Shown: positions 26,605 through 39,607 of the stretch, piece after piece
How the letters are laid out: each line of letters opens with the position of its first letter
How positions within the stretch are numbered: the stretch's first letter is position 1
Source of the DNA: Mobula hypostoma
Taxonomy: Eukaryota
DNA: 64,000 nt
Assembly: GCF_963921235.1 (NCBI RefSeq)
Contig: NC_086108.1
Span: 12,028,001-12,092,000 of the forward strand
Direction: 5' to 3'
Position numbers and translations under genes: made by a program
Notes under the pieces: model-generated
Seen by the model: the letters and a program-made list of their open reading frames with translations, nothing else
What the model was told of the DNA's origin: nothing
Database searches by the model: none

Positions 26605-26809
26605 ATAGAAGAGAACACAAGAGAGCATAGGCCATCAACTTTTGCTGTTGATGTTTTTGTCACAGGCAATCTCTCTTTTACGAGGCTGAGTTGCTAGCTC
26701 AACGCTCAACCCAGCACGGATGGAAAGCGTGCACGTGAGCCAGCTGGATTCGAACTCGGGACCTTCCGCCCCAAAGTCCAGCGCTGATGCCACTGCGCCA
26801 CCAGCCGGC
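26605..26809 (-). mobile_element. tRNA-derived SINE with intact Pol III A and B boxes, RTE-like body
   Basis: Minus strand GCCGGCTGG-TGGCGCAGTGG (A box, 26790-26800) and GAGTTCGAATCC (B box, 26746-26757). Body has GCTAGCAACTCAGCCTCGTAAAA and GATGGCCTATGCTC, reminiscent of RTE 5'UTR and 3' ends (recalled similarity, unverified). Confidence 0.78.
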
Positions 26810-26849
26810 TAATGTATATATATAATTAAATTTAATTAGTGCAAAAATA

Positions 26850-27200
26850 GAAATTAAAAAATCGTGAGATCATGTTCAGGGGTTCAATATCCATTCAGAA
26901 ATCGGATGGCAGAGGGGGAGAAGTTGCTCCTGAATCATTCACTGTGTGTCTTCGGGCTCCTGTACCTCCTCCCTGTTGGTAGCAATGAGAAGAGGGCATG
27001 TCCTGGCTGATGGTGGTCCTCAATGCCACTTTTCTGAGGCAAGGCTCCTTGAAGATGCCTTGGAGTTTAGCGCCCACAATGGAGCTGACTAGGTTTACAA
27101 TTCTCTGCAGCTTGTTTCAATCCTGGGCTGTATTCCCCTCCCCACCACACCAAACAGGGATGCAACCAGTACGAATGCTCTCCGTTGTAGAAATTTTTTG
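26850..27200 (-). mobile_element. Rex1/Babar-type 3' fragment
   Basis: Minus ORF STTESIRTGCIPVWCG; reverse complement of the 28550-29185 type sequence. Confidence 0.7.
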
Positions 27201-27759
27201 CACTACATGTTTAATGGAACTATTCATTAACAGTTTTTTATTATAATGTATCGCATTGTACTGCTGCCACATGACAACAGATTTCACGACATATGCCAGT
27301 GACATTAAACCTGATTCTGATTCTGGTTCTGAAATCTCTTGCAGGGAGGAAATGAAGGCATGTTTAAAGAGGTAGTTCAGCTTTGGCCAACACTAATCTG
27401 ATCATCTGATCTTCGAGTGCATCCCTCTCGGTTCAGGGGAGATTCTTGTTGTGCCCTCGCCGGGATTGTACGATTGCCTGTAGCCAAGGAAGTCATTCAC
27501 AGTTCAGTCAGGCGTGAAGAGACTGCTCATTATCTCCTTCTACTTTGATGTCTTTTTATCTTTATCTGGTAAGCGGATGAATCAGAAACTTCACAAAGAA
27601 AATTTATCAACGAATAACTATCTCAACTGAAATAAGAAGCTTGAATTTTTCAGGGTTAGGAGATTAGATCTTCACTGATACAATACTGAGACTCCACTTG
27701 CTCATATGAAAAATGAAAATGAAGATCTAGTTGGTATAGAATACAGTACAGAAGTATTA

Positions 27760-28045
27760 GGCACAGGGAGCGTAATGGTTAGCACAATGCTTTACAGTAC
27801 AGGCACCCAGGTTCAAATCCTGCTGCTGCCTGTAAGGGGTTTGTATGTTCTCTCCATGACCACGTGGGTTTCCTCAGGGTGTTCCAGTTTCTTCCCACAG
27901 TCCAAAGATCTACTGGTTAGTTGGTTAATTGGTCATTGTAGATTGTCCCATGATTATGATAGGTTTAAATTAGGGGACTGCTGGGCGGCATGTCTCAAAG
28001 GGCCAATTCTGCACTGTATCTCAATAAATTAATAAATAAATAAAT
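27760..28045 (+). mobile_element. tRNA-derived V-SINE (HE1-like)
   Basis: gcgtaatggttagc A-box-like, ggttcaaatcc B box, tttgtatgttctctccatgaccacgtgggtttcctc V-domain-like motif, (TAAA)n tail. Confidence 0.82.
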
Positions 28046-28549
28046 GGCTAGTATGACTAATACTGTACTTGTTAATCCGGAGTGGAGAGCAAGTTTATAA
28101 ATCTGGCGGGAGCAAAGGATGTTGGGAATGGTGATGCTGGAGCGCCGAGGGAGGGGTGTGGGACAAGTGGCAGAGAAGAAGTGACAGGGCAGGCGTGGCG
28201 CGAGTGCTGACACACCCAGCCCTGAGATGCCAAACAAGGTCATTTGATTTCAAACAATTGGTTTATTGATCATTATGGAATGTCTCTCTGGTGCATCCTA
28301 CTCCCTCCCATCTCCCTTCCTCTTTTTCAACCATGATTCCCCTCTCTTTGTTCCCTTACCACTCTCAATCCACAATAGAGACCCATATCAGAATCAGGTT
28401 TATCATCACTCACATGTTTCATGAAATTTGTTTTTTTTTGTGGCAGCAGTACTGTACAATACATAAAATTACTACAGTACTGTGCAAATGTCTTAGACAC
28501 CCCAGTTATATGTATGTCTAACGCTTTTGCACAAAATTTCTTGTTTGTT

Positions 28550-29185
28550 GCAATGTATCAATGCAGCTGTAAAGAAGGCAAAACAGCGGCTATATTTCAT
28601 TAGGAGTTTGAGGAGATTTGGTACGTCACCTGAAACACTCGCAAATTTCTACAGATGTACCATGGAAAGCATTCTAATCGGCTGCCTTACCATTCAGTAT
28701 AGGGGAGTGAGGCGGGGGGGAATGCTTTTACACTGGATAGAAATAAACTGCAGAGATTTGTGAACCTAGTCAGCTCCATCATGGGCACTAGCCTCTGTAG
28801 TATCCAAGATATCTTCATAGAGCAATGCTCAAATAGGCAACGTCCAACATTAAGGACACCCAACACCCTGAAAGTGTCCTCTTCTCACTGTTACCATCAG
28901 GAAGGAGGTGCAGGAGCCTGAGGGCACACACTGAATGATTCAGGAACAGCTTCTTCTCCTCTGCCATCCTATTTCTGAATGGACATTGAACCCATGAACA
29001 CCACCTCACCATATTTTTGTTTTTTGTCTTTGCCATACTTATTTAATTTAACTATCAAATATACCCACATATACTTATTGTAATCATAGTTTCTTTTCTT
29101 TATTATCATCTATTAATTGTACTACCATCGCAAAGTTAATAAATTTCACGACATATACCAGTGATATTTAACCTGATTCTGATTC
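28550..29185 (+). mobile_element. Rex1/Babar-type LINE 3' fragment
   Basis: ORF 28527-28763 KKAKQRLYFIRSLRRFG...LANFYRCTMESILIGCLT; ctgattctgattc tail. Confidence 0.85.
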
Positions 29186-32100
29186 ATTACAGTGCAACAC
29201 ATAAATATACTTCAGTACTGTAGAGATGTCTTAGTAACCCTGGCTATATACATATATAAGCCTTTTGCACAATACTGTATAATATGGCACAAAAAATGAG
29301 AAAAATCCAACTCAGCCAACTGCGGCTAATTGGAACAATACTAATCTTATATCTCATTGCTAGTTCTGGGATCCTGCTCTGTGAAAAATCCAAATTGCTT
29401 CTCATCACTCTGAAAGAGATGATCACTGTACAGCAGCCTTTTAAATACTGAGGTGTTTCAGTGTTTTCTCCTATCAACAGGGACATTGCACTTAGCATTT
29501 TGGTTTAACACCATTTACACGATCTTTCAGTCTGGTAATTATAGAAACACCACTTCCAGAGAAAATTTCATTCCTTTTAATAAACCTCATAACCCATTTG
29601 CTTCAAGAGCTTTTTGGAGAAGGAGAAATGATAAATTCCTCACAGTGTCTCAAAATCCAACATTCACAACCCGACCTCAAAGAACAAGACAGAAAATAAT
29701 AAAATTGTTTAATATTAATGGAAGATTATAGTGATTTCAGCATTGAAATATTGTTTGAAATGTCAATTATGCAAAGCAAAAGATGAAAAGTTAACGTAGG
29801 CAATGAGCTGCATCCATCCCTGTCCTGAAAATAAAGAATAGAAGATCTAAATTTTAACCTACAAACCTTCCATGAGCACACACATGAGAAGAGGGATGTG
29901 GGATAATCTTCAATAATGGCTTTATTCTCTGGTATTAATCTGCATAATAATACATATTAATTTTAATATCTGGCATTAAATACTATTAGGGAATAATCTT
30001 GCTGAGCCTTCCACAAAGGTTCATCAGTGGGTTTTACCTGACTGTCTCCAAACTGCTCTCCTTGACAAAATCGGTCCTTCAGCAGGGGTAAATTTCAGTC
30101 GCATGGATTGGTGACATATTGGGGAGATGGCAAGTCAGCAATTCAGTTTGGGAAGTGGATAGATGGATGGTTTCAAGAGCAAAAGAATGGACAAGCATGT
30201 CTGTCCAAGCTATGGCTGAGGTTGTGTTGTGCTCCAGCTGCTTTGGGCTCAGCACCTGCGAGTTTCACTGTGATTCACCCTGCAATGCGATGAACTGACA
30301 CTGAGGACGTGAGCCTACTCTAGCTGTTCCGGGTCCAGTCTACAGACTCAACTTCGTTCTGAATGCTGGTACTTGCTTTTTTTTTGCATGATTTTTTCCC
30401 CTCTCTCTTTCTCATTGGGTGTTGGTCATTTTTTAAAAATTGGATTCTTTCAAGTTTCTTGCTCTGTGGCTGCCTGTAAGCAGACAAATCTCAAGGTTAT
30501 ATAATTTATACATTCTTTGATAATAAATGTACTATGAACTACCCTCTGATTCCTGGCAGCTGAGATCAACCCCCGTACAGAACTGTTGCTGTGTAGAGTT
30601 CCTGCTCTGCCACATAGATTCAAAGATTCAAAGTACATTTATTGTGAAAGCAAGTATGCAGTATACAATACAGCCTTGATATCCAACTTCCCGCAGACAG
30701 CCATGAAACAAAGAAAACCATGGAACCCGGAAAATCCAGATGAGTCCATAGAAAGTATTCAGATATCACAGCAGATCAGGTAACATCTGAAAGTCAGCCA
30801 GACAAAACCTCAGAACTTTGCTTCTTGACGGCCAGTTCCAACACCAAATTATTTGTTTTAGACAGCTATGACTTGCTTATAATGTTTTGAATGGGGAAAA
30901 TGCCTAGAACGGCTTCACAGAACAAAGACCATAAATTATCTTTTCTTAAGTGAGGTGACCAAGAACTGTTAAATAGATTTCAAGGACATTCCTAAAAGAA
31001 AGAGAACCAGAGGAAAGTTATGGCTACCCGTGGTGGGATGTTCAGGAAGCCCAAGGACAACATAGGACAATGTAGAACAGTGCAGCATAGGAACAGGCCC
31101 TTAATGTCTCTGCTGGTCATGATGCCAATCTAACTGATTTCATCTGTCATGGTGTCATAGAGACATAGAACACTAAAGCGTAGAAACAGGCCCTTCAGTC
31201 ATCTAGTTCATGCTGAACTATTATTCTGCCTATCCCATTGACGTGCACCTGCATCTGTTTGTTCATGTTCCTGTCCACATGCCTCAGGCAGGTCAGGAGG
31301 AGTGTTGAAATGGAGTTGGGTTTCACAAAATCGAAACATGGTGTAGATTTAACATTGTAGATTCTGTGTGCCCTGGCCCAATATATGTTAGCCACCAGGT
31401 GTAATATTGGGTTTAACCTTGTAAGAGATTACACAGGATGCTCGAGTTAAGAGGGCACAGTGATGCTTGAGACAGAGTTGAATGTGGCACAGAAAAGAGT
31501 TCAACTGATAACATTCTGCCATGTCTCAGAGCTAACTAACAGAGTCCTTGGAAAAAGCTACCCTGGTGAAAAGCTGAGGTCATAGACACCAAGGAGAAAA
31601 TAAAACATCTGCAGTGATTGGAGTCACTGTTTGCACACAGAAGGACTGATGTTGATGATCAATCACCAACCTCAGGGCTTCACTGTGAAGTTCCTCAGAA
31701 TGGGATCCTGGACCACCACCATCTTCACGTAATCCATCATAAATTTAGATGCTTACTGTTGATACAATTATTTCAGTCTCTCCGTCAATGAGACAGCCCG
31801 TGCATGGGCATGAGAGGTAGCAATTCAGCCCGTGGATGTGAGTGTAAACATAAGGTGCCAGACAATAAACATTTTGAACATAAGTAGGATACAGTTGTGC
31901 ACATGTATGCAAACACATTAGTCAAGTCCCCAACCATCAATACCATGCATTACCATAGAGCAGAAATTAAATGGGCCATCCACATACAGTACATTCAGAG
32001 GCTATAAAATCAAGTCTAAAGTTGGGTAAGCTGACATGATTGACTCCCTTCTGACACTACAAGTCTTTGGAGACACAAAAAACTGGAATCTAGCAACCCA

Positions 32101-33099
32101 CGGTCTGCTGGAGAAATTGTCCTGCCCCCCTCCCATAAATGCTGCTTGACCAGCTGAGTTCCTCCAGCAGATTGTTTGTTTGCCCAAGCCATTGCCATCA
32201 TCTACAAATCAACTGTGGCTTCATCTTCACGGATGAGTGCAGATACATACAACAGTAATTAGGATATCAACACCAGACAAGACACAACAGTCTTCTTAAC
32301 TAACACCATGTCCACTGACTAAACATTCATCCCCTCCATCAGCATCTACAACATATAATACTCACACTCAAATTGGTGACTAAGGACAAGGGCAGCAGGC
32401 ACAGAGGGACACCACCCCTCTAAGCCAGTCACCATCCCCACTTGGTAAAATATAATGTCAGTTCTTGATTGAAATTGAATCCAATTCTTGGAATTCCCTC
32501 CCCAGCATATTCATAGGAGTATCTTATTTCCTTGAATTGCAGAGCCTCTAGGAAGCTATTCATCATTATCTCCAATGAGCATGGGCAATACTGCTTTCCC
32601 TGTGATACCCATATTTAGACAAATAAATTCAAAGAAATTCTGATCTCCAAAACATCAGGTCTGTTATTTGGCTGAGAAAGACAATACACACGTATACAGC
32701 TAAATGAAACAATGATCACTAGACACCGGAATTACCAGAGTAGGCGGAAAAGGGGTCATTGATTTTACACAGAGCCACCTAGTAGTAGCAGGAGTGGAAT
32801 ATATAGCACCTAGATATAGAACAATTGCCCTGACCATAATTATATGTTATTTGGGGGAGTATTGTAAGCTTTTACACACCATTCATCATGAAAAATATTC
32901 AGCCTATCAGTCACATTGCTTCACCAGCTTTCAGTTCTCTCCCTCTCTACAGCAAGTGTGCTTTTGATTGGAATTTGCTGATCTCATCAAGCACTTTATT
33001 ATCTGATGTGAAGTCCCACCATAGCAGAGTGGAACTTTAATTATTTTATTTAAATAAATCAGAATTAATATATAAATATCAGTAGCAGTGGCATTCACA

Positions 33100-33590
33100 C
33101 TAACAAAGCCCAGTGGTTCATTAACAAGAAGAAGCTGTACCAGAACGGTGTTCTGTCCACATTCTTGTACAGGTCAGAATGTTGGCACTCGACAGAGAAC
33201 AACCCTACCAAGCTGTCATCATTCCACACCATGAGTCTTTGGAAGATCCTTAGTATTTTCTGGCCAAGAAAGATCTCCAACAATTCCCTGCTGCTTCAGT
33301 GTCAATGAAAAGACATGGCCACAATTATTCTGAGGAAATGTTGGAGGTAGATTGGGTACAGGATGAGAAGAGAGGACAACTCCATCATCGAGACAACACT
33401 TCTTCTGAACCCTGGAAAGGCGTAGAAAATGTGGGAGACCCAAGACAACTTGACGCCATAGCATAGAGGAAAAATGAGGACCCTGAACTACATTTGGGGC
33501 ACAATAGCGAAGATAGTCACAGACAGACATTAATGAAGGACTTTCATTGCTGCCCTAAATGCCAGCTGCAAAATGGGCAGTAAGTAACTC
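33100..33590 (+). mobile_element. RTE-clade LINE 3' fragment, decayed
   Basis: Manual translation gives KKLYQNGVLSTFLYRSECW...KLSSFHTMSLWKILSIFWPRKISN...GRPKTT, typical of the RTE C-terminus. Confidence 0.78.
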
Positions 33591-34164
33591 ATTAACATGC
33601 ATTGGAAGAGGAAATTTGCCATCCTTACACAGTTTGGATGATGTATGTAGCTCCAAACCATTAATATCATTGACCCTTAACCACTCCTCAAATGGACAGA
33701 TCAACATGGTGGTCTTCATTTTCAATTGCCTTTCTTGTATGATTAAACTAGAAGCAAAAATTTGTTCAGCCAGAGATAATGACAGAAAAAAAAATGTGAA
33801 CTTCATATTTCAGAGTGGCCCCAGGCTCTTCGCAGCCAGTAAACTGTTGGTGAAAAGGAGTAAATGTGGAGACAAAAATGTTGGTCAGTTTCTGCACAGC
33901 AAACTCCTGTGATAGATTAACATCAGCAGTGACAGCCATCTGTTCTCCCTGATGTTGAATTAAAGATAAAGAGAATTCCAAAATCTTCTATCATAAACAA
34001 GAGAATAGCTTGAGAAAGGGTAAGTCCCCTTAGCAAACAAAATAATGTTGTGCCACCAATAGATACAAGTGGGGTCCCAAATGAATACTTACAGGCATTC
34101 ACCAGGGAGATAGTTGGGGAGGATAGAGGGCTAGAGTAAGTGTGTGCTTATAATCTGCAACATG

Positions 34165-34845
34165 TGCATATGAGGAGCATTTGATGGCTCTGGGCCTCTA
34201 CTCACTGGAATTTAGAAGAATGAGAGATAACCTCATTGAAACCTATCGAATGATAAAAGATCTCAATAGAGTGGATAAGGAGAGAATGTTTCCAATAGTG
34301 GGAGAATCTAAAACCAGAGGACACAACCTCAGAATGGATAGATTGATAGAAAGATACTTTATTGACCCCAAAAAAATTACAGTGTCACAGTAGCAATCCA
34401 ATATTAGAAGAGAAGTAAGATGAATAAATAAAACAATATGTTACCTTAAACAGTCTAACAGGAAGGAGTCATCACTTTCCCAGGTATAGATTGACTCATT
34501 ATAGACCTTTATGGCTGAGGGTAAGAATGACCTCATATAGCGCTGTTTGGAGCAGCACAGTTGACTTAGACAGCCTTCCTTTTAGAACAGACATGAAGAA
34601 TAATTTCTTTAGCTAGAGAGTGGTTAGTCTGTCGAATTCATTGCCACAGGTGGCGTGGGCCACGTCAATGGGTGCATTTAAGGCAGAGGTTGGTAGATTC
34701 TTGATCCATCAGGGTATAAAGTGATATTGGGAAAGGCAGGAGATTGTCCTGAGAGTGACAGTGGATCAGTTATGATGAAATGGAGCAGACTCAATGGGAC
34801 AAATGGCATAATTCTGCACCTATACCTTACAGCCTTATGATCTTA
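34165..34845 (+). mobile_element. CR1 3' fragment split by a minus-strand LINE 3' piece at about 34340-34565
   Basis: MALGLYSLEFRRMRDNLIETYRMIKDLNRVD...TRGHNLR; CR1 similarity resumes at about 34570 (ttttagaacagacatgaagaataatttctttag). Confidence 0.8.
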
Positions 34846-37800
34846 TCACGAAAGGGAACGTAATAGTCATTTTCCAACAGTGGAAGAGAGGACAACGGTT
34901 TGAGATGGTGCAGGAAATATTTAAAGGAAATCCATGGAGAAGGTTTGTTTTCTCAGAGGATGGTTACATGAACCAGTCAGTCTCTTTCTGTGCTATACAA
35001 CTCTAGGATTTCAGATGTTGTCCAGGGCACGAGGAACACTTCATTTTATATATAGAACACAACACAAGAATTCTTTCTGTGGAAGTCTGTCAAGGTGTGG
35101 AATCTATTACTACACAGGCCTGTTGTAACTGGGTCAAGCTCTCAGTTTTAATAAAAATGCATGCACTGAGAAAATAAAATGGGCTTAAGAAATTTGGTGA
35201 CCTGATTGAAATTCTTAGAAGACCCAACATGATAGATGCAAGAAAGGTGTTTCCGTAGAAGTAGGGACCACAGACTCAAAAAAATATAGACCACTTAGGA
35301 CTGAAATGAAGAATAACTCCCTTATGTGGAGGACAATGACACTTTGGAGTTCTCTACCGAGAGGTTGTCTATCCAGTTTTCTATCTGGTGTTGTGGAGGT
35401 TCACTTATAACAGGAAGTGATAGATTTCTTAATTTTAAAGTAATCAAGAGAGTAATGCAATAAAATAATTTCTGGATCATAGATCAGACAAGCTTTTATC
35501 GAATGGCAAAGCAGGCTTGAGGGGACACATGGTTTCCTTTGACTTTGTATGTCCTTATGTCTCATGGCCAGTGTGTATAATGGGCTGAGTGATTGACATG
35601 TAATATTTAAATCCATCTATTGCATCCTGGAGGCTTGTTTGCTGCCTGTGTTGTCACAACAGCTAAGCTTCTCTACACCACTGTGATTTCATTTTCTGGA
35701 AATGCTCTTTCTCTTCATGTTCCCTCTTTACAAAATTGGGTCATTTCCCCTGAAAATTTCAGCAGCTTCTGGAGATTTGGGAATGGGAAATACTTCCCTT
35801 AAGAGTAAGCCTACATCACATCAGATCTGTCAGCTGATTATCTGTAAAGCTTTCCCCTATAATGCTGAATGAATAACTAAGCTAATTACCTGACCTTTCA
35901 CAAGCAAATTTTGCAGAGGGGTAAAGGTATTTAACCAGACTTCTGTGGCAGATATCTTATTGTGGTATTCTCTTATTTCTACTGCAGATGGAATCCATTT
36001 TAAACTGCAGTCTCTAGGAGTAGTCTGCAGTTTTGATTAGAAGTGAAGAGAAGAGTTTCTTTAAATCTACAGGAGCTATTCATAGTCTGCTTCAACCCCT
36101 CTGCTCTTTAGATCAGAGATACCTCAGGACAACTATCTACTCTCATAGGGCTCACTGTCACTGACCATCATATAAAGCCCAGTGGATCACTAGAGTGTGT
36201 GGTCAATGGGGCCAAACTTGACTTGGTCCTTAAGCAACAGAAATTTTCAGAGCCTGGAGGGAACCACTGAATAATATAAGAACTAAAATTAAACCCAGTT
36301 ACTGTTCCTCCAATTATCTCAGAGAAGCTGATGGCTAGGTGGTGTAAGCCATCCAGCCACGGGGGTATACACCACACTGAGCTTCCTCTAGTATGATAAC
36401 TTACATATTTAACCAGCTCCTCCTTAAATCCAGCTTTAATTTACAGCTAAGCTGCTCCCAATGGGAGTGAGTTCCACATACTGCCAACCCTCTGGCTAAT
36501 AAGGTTCCCTCTGAATACCTCAATAAAAATGCTGATAACAAGTTTATACTTCCTAGATTATTTCTAGATTTATGTTCCTCATAAATAGATGTATCATCTC
36601 CACATCTACTAGTTCAAAGTCCTTGTAATGCTAAATGTACATTTTCATTTTCAAGTTCAGCATTAAATTTTCTAGGAAATCAAAGCTGCAGTTCATTTAT
36701 TGTGTGTGGAGGAACAATAGTTGTGACTTTCTAGATCTCTGATCATGATGACTAAAAACATTTTCTGATGTGGAGGTTCCAGGTTAGTTTATCCAAAAAC
36801 ACACTGGGGCCATGGTGAATCACACCTCTGGACTTTGAAGTAACACTTCTACTCAGCATTTGAATGGCCTAGACAGGACCAGTTTGAGTACTGAAGTCTT
36901 CATAGTGGAATTTCTTGCTAACGTACACTGCGATGACTCAGCATAAAGAGCGAATTTTGGATGAGTTGTCGGAAATCCTATAGATTCTAAGGAAGAGCTG
37001 GGGAATATTATCATACAATCAGTTCTTTCAAGAGATTCTGAGTCTGGATAGAGGATTGTGTGCTCTAGATTTATAAATTTCCCGGTGATGTATAAATCAA
37101 GATGAATTGAGTGACAGTAGTGGAAGCTGGAACCACCTGGGCTTTGAACCTATATTTGTCATGAGTTATTGGGTACTTGAAAACAGTGCAGATTAAGGGT
37201 ATCATGGGATTGCATTAAATGTACACCTACTAATCCATCCAATGGTATTTTCTGGGCTCTTAAACATCACATGCTGGTTATCTGCTGACAACACATTGCT
37301 GGCTACATATATCCACTTCTGTGCTGCCATTATCTACAAACTTTTTTTTGCTATGTTGCCTATTCGTATCACAGAAACAATTTACTTTAAATAAAATAAA
37401 TCATAGAGTTTTAATACATTTACTATAAATGCATATGGGTATTGCAAAGAGGAATGTGCATCTTGCAGTGAAGTGTTATCTTCACTGCATTCCATGGCGG
37501 AGTTACAATAAAAAGGAGCAATGCACAATAATCATTCTTCCAAACCTTTCTAACAATTTAGCTACTTAGAAACAATGTTTGTCCCATCTAATCATTTTGC
37601 CTCACTGGATCCAGTTGTGCTCTAAACATTTTTCTGCTTGGACAATCCACGAGATCTCCAGCAAATATCCAAGGGCACATACTTTTCACCCACCAAGCAG
37701 TGAGAGTCAGCATATGATGCTTCTGTAAAAGGTGGCTGACTTGCTCTAGTCCTTTGGTGACTATTACCCAGCACAGATTCTGCTCCGAAAAAGGATAGAT

Positions 37801-37893
37801 TTTACCAACTCCTCGGCACATGAAGGCCAATTTTCATGAGGACAAAGAACAAATAGACTCATGTACACACAATCACGTCTGAGTACAAATTTG

Positions 37894-37995
37894 CAGAGAG
37901 AGAGAGAGAGAGTCACAGAAAATGAGACACCCTTGCTTGCCTCCTATACAGAGGGAGATACAGAAAGCTATGCACTCAGAGAGCAAGAGAGAGAA

Positions 37996-38032
<37 letters not shown>
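37894..38032. repeat. (GA)n and (CA)n microsatellites
   Basis: Direct reading; the (CA)n run at 37999-38032 abuts the candidate splice donor. Confidence 0.9.
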
Positions 38033-38034
<2 letters not shown>

Positions 38035-38112
38035 GCACCAGCTGTCTACTGCAAGAAGAATACACAGATGCCAATAAAGACGGTGACCCAAATTTGATTT
38101 CCTTCCCTCCAT
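38033..38112 (-). CDS. Candidate first coding exon (80 nt, phase 2) encoding a signal-peptide-like N-terminus MEGRKSNLGHRLYWHLCILLAVDSWC(R); gene unidentified
   Basis: Strong Kozak context AAG-ATG-G, in-frame upstream TGA, basic n-region then hydrophobic stretch, donor CAG|GTGTGT at 38033/38032; lies just downstream of a CpG-rich region with an RE1 site. No second exon recognised. Confidence 0.5.
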
Positions 38113-39026
38113 CTTTTTTTCGTGTCGACACCCCAGAACTCAAATTGAATTCATCGCTGAAAAAGAAGTCGACATGACTCGAACTTCTTACAAATAATTT
38201 CCAGCTTTGTTAGGACACTGTGATATTTCAAACACACGGTTCCGACTTCTCCCTCGAGGTCAGTGGATACAAAAACTATTTTTGCAAAGACCAGATTAGT
38301 GAATTTACCATAAAATACAAATATGACACCACCAGATCCAAATAACATGCATCGATTTTTTTTTCTATTCTTACACTTCTATCCACTGCAGTTTGTAAAG
38401 AGTTAATCTGTAGCCTCCGCTCAGCTCTGTTTTATATACTAAATAAATATTTAAATATTTAAGAACTTATCAGGAGGGATTCATTGTAATATGATGTATT
38501 TTATTAATCAAAACGACAGAATTCAGATACTAATCCAGTTCGACCAAATTTTATTAATGGCTATTAATATTCCCTAATATTTCAAAATTAAGTGCCTTCT
38601 ACATTTTGAAGGATATTTTGAAGGATCTTTTAACGATTGAACCCTCGAGAAGGAACATATATATCTCTGCCACACACACATATTTTGCAAGCAAAGATCT
38701 TATTTGCAAGCACTGATACATAACAGAAGATTAGAACAATGTGTCGATTGTTTTACCTTTGCGAAGAAACATTAATTTGCTTCAGTCAGAGAAGCTGAGG
38801 GCCGGTTTCAGGAGCTTTTCTCCTCGTCTCACACACTCTTCCCTGGCTGATCCGGCGGCTCCCGGAGACTCAGTCTTGATCAGAGCAGAGAAAAAGAATG
38901 AAATAAATAAGCAATCGCGTTGATTTAGGGCGAGCGGGTCGTTCCTGCGCATTGATGCCCTGTATATAATCCCATTCTCAACAGAGAGAACGATTCAGAT
39001 CCCGGTTCCTCCTCGCTGTTGATTGT

Positions 39027-39047
39027 TTCAGCACCACGGCCAGTTCC
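39027..39047 (+). promoter_or_regulatory. RE1/NRSE (REST-binding) element
   Basis: TTCAGCACCACGGCCAGTTCC versus consensus TTCAGCACCACGGACAGCGCC, 18/21 with canonical half-site spacing. Confidence 0.8.
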
Positions 39048-39549
39048 CCACTCCCGCTTGCAGCCTCTCGCTCCAGCGGCACTTTCAAAGGCTCCAGCTC
39101 CAGAAACCGAGCTGCTCCAAGGTTGGCGATCCTGTCCTTGGCGTTAGAAGAAGCAGGCTTCCCGAACCGCCCGCAGAGACTTCAGAAGAAGTCTCGCCCT
39201 CAGGAAGGTTGCAGTAGGCTGGAGGGGCATCTTCACTGGCAGTGTTGGTGTACCCTGGGCTCGGCTCAGACAGACTCCACACCCCCTCACTGCCCCCCTA
39301 GAGACACACACCGGTCCTGCTGTCCTTGCGGAGGCTGGGGGCTATCCAGATGTGTGCCTTTTACTCCGCCCGTCGCAAAGCCACAGATAGCACAGCTGCA
39401 GCAACATCTGGAACAGCGGCTCTCCCTCTTTGCCGATCGCCTTCCTTTAAACCCTGGCTACATCCGCCCCGATCTGGAAAGTCAGATTCTCCACATCCTC
39501 TACCCGAGCAGAGCTGAAAATGCAAATACAGCCTGCTGACGGTAGCTAG

Positions 39550-39550
<1 letters not shown>

Positions 39551-39607
<57 letters not shown>

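Noticed and set aside
26735..26809. tRNA gene
   Set aside because: A and B boxes are present, but I could not fold a convincing cloverleaf and it continues into a SINE body and tail.
38046..38111. Alternative hydrophobic frame WREGNQIWVTVFIGICVFFLQ on the minus strand
   Set aside because: No ATG after the upstream stop, and it ends in TAG before the good donor.
39313..39337. Second RE1 site (cctgctgtccttgcggaggctg)
   Set aside because: Only one half-site matches, which is insufficient.
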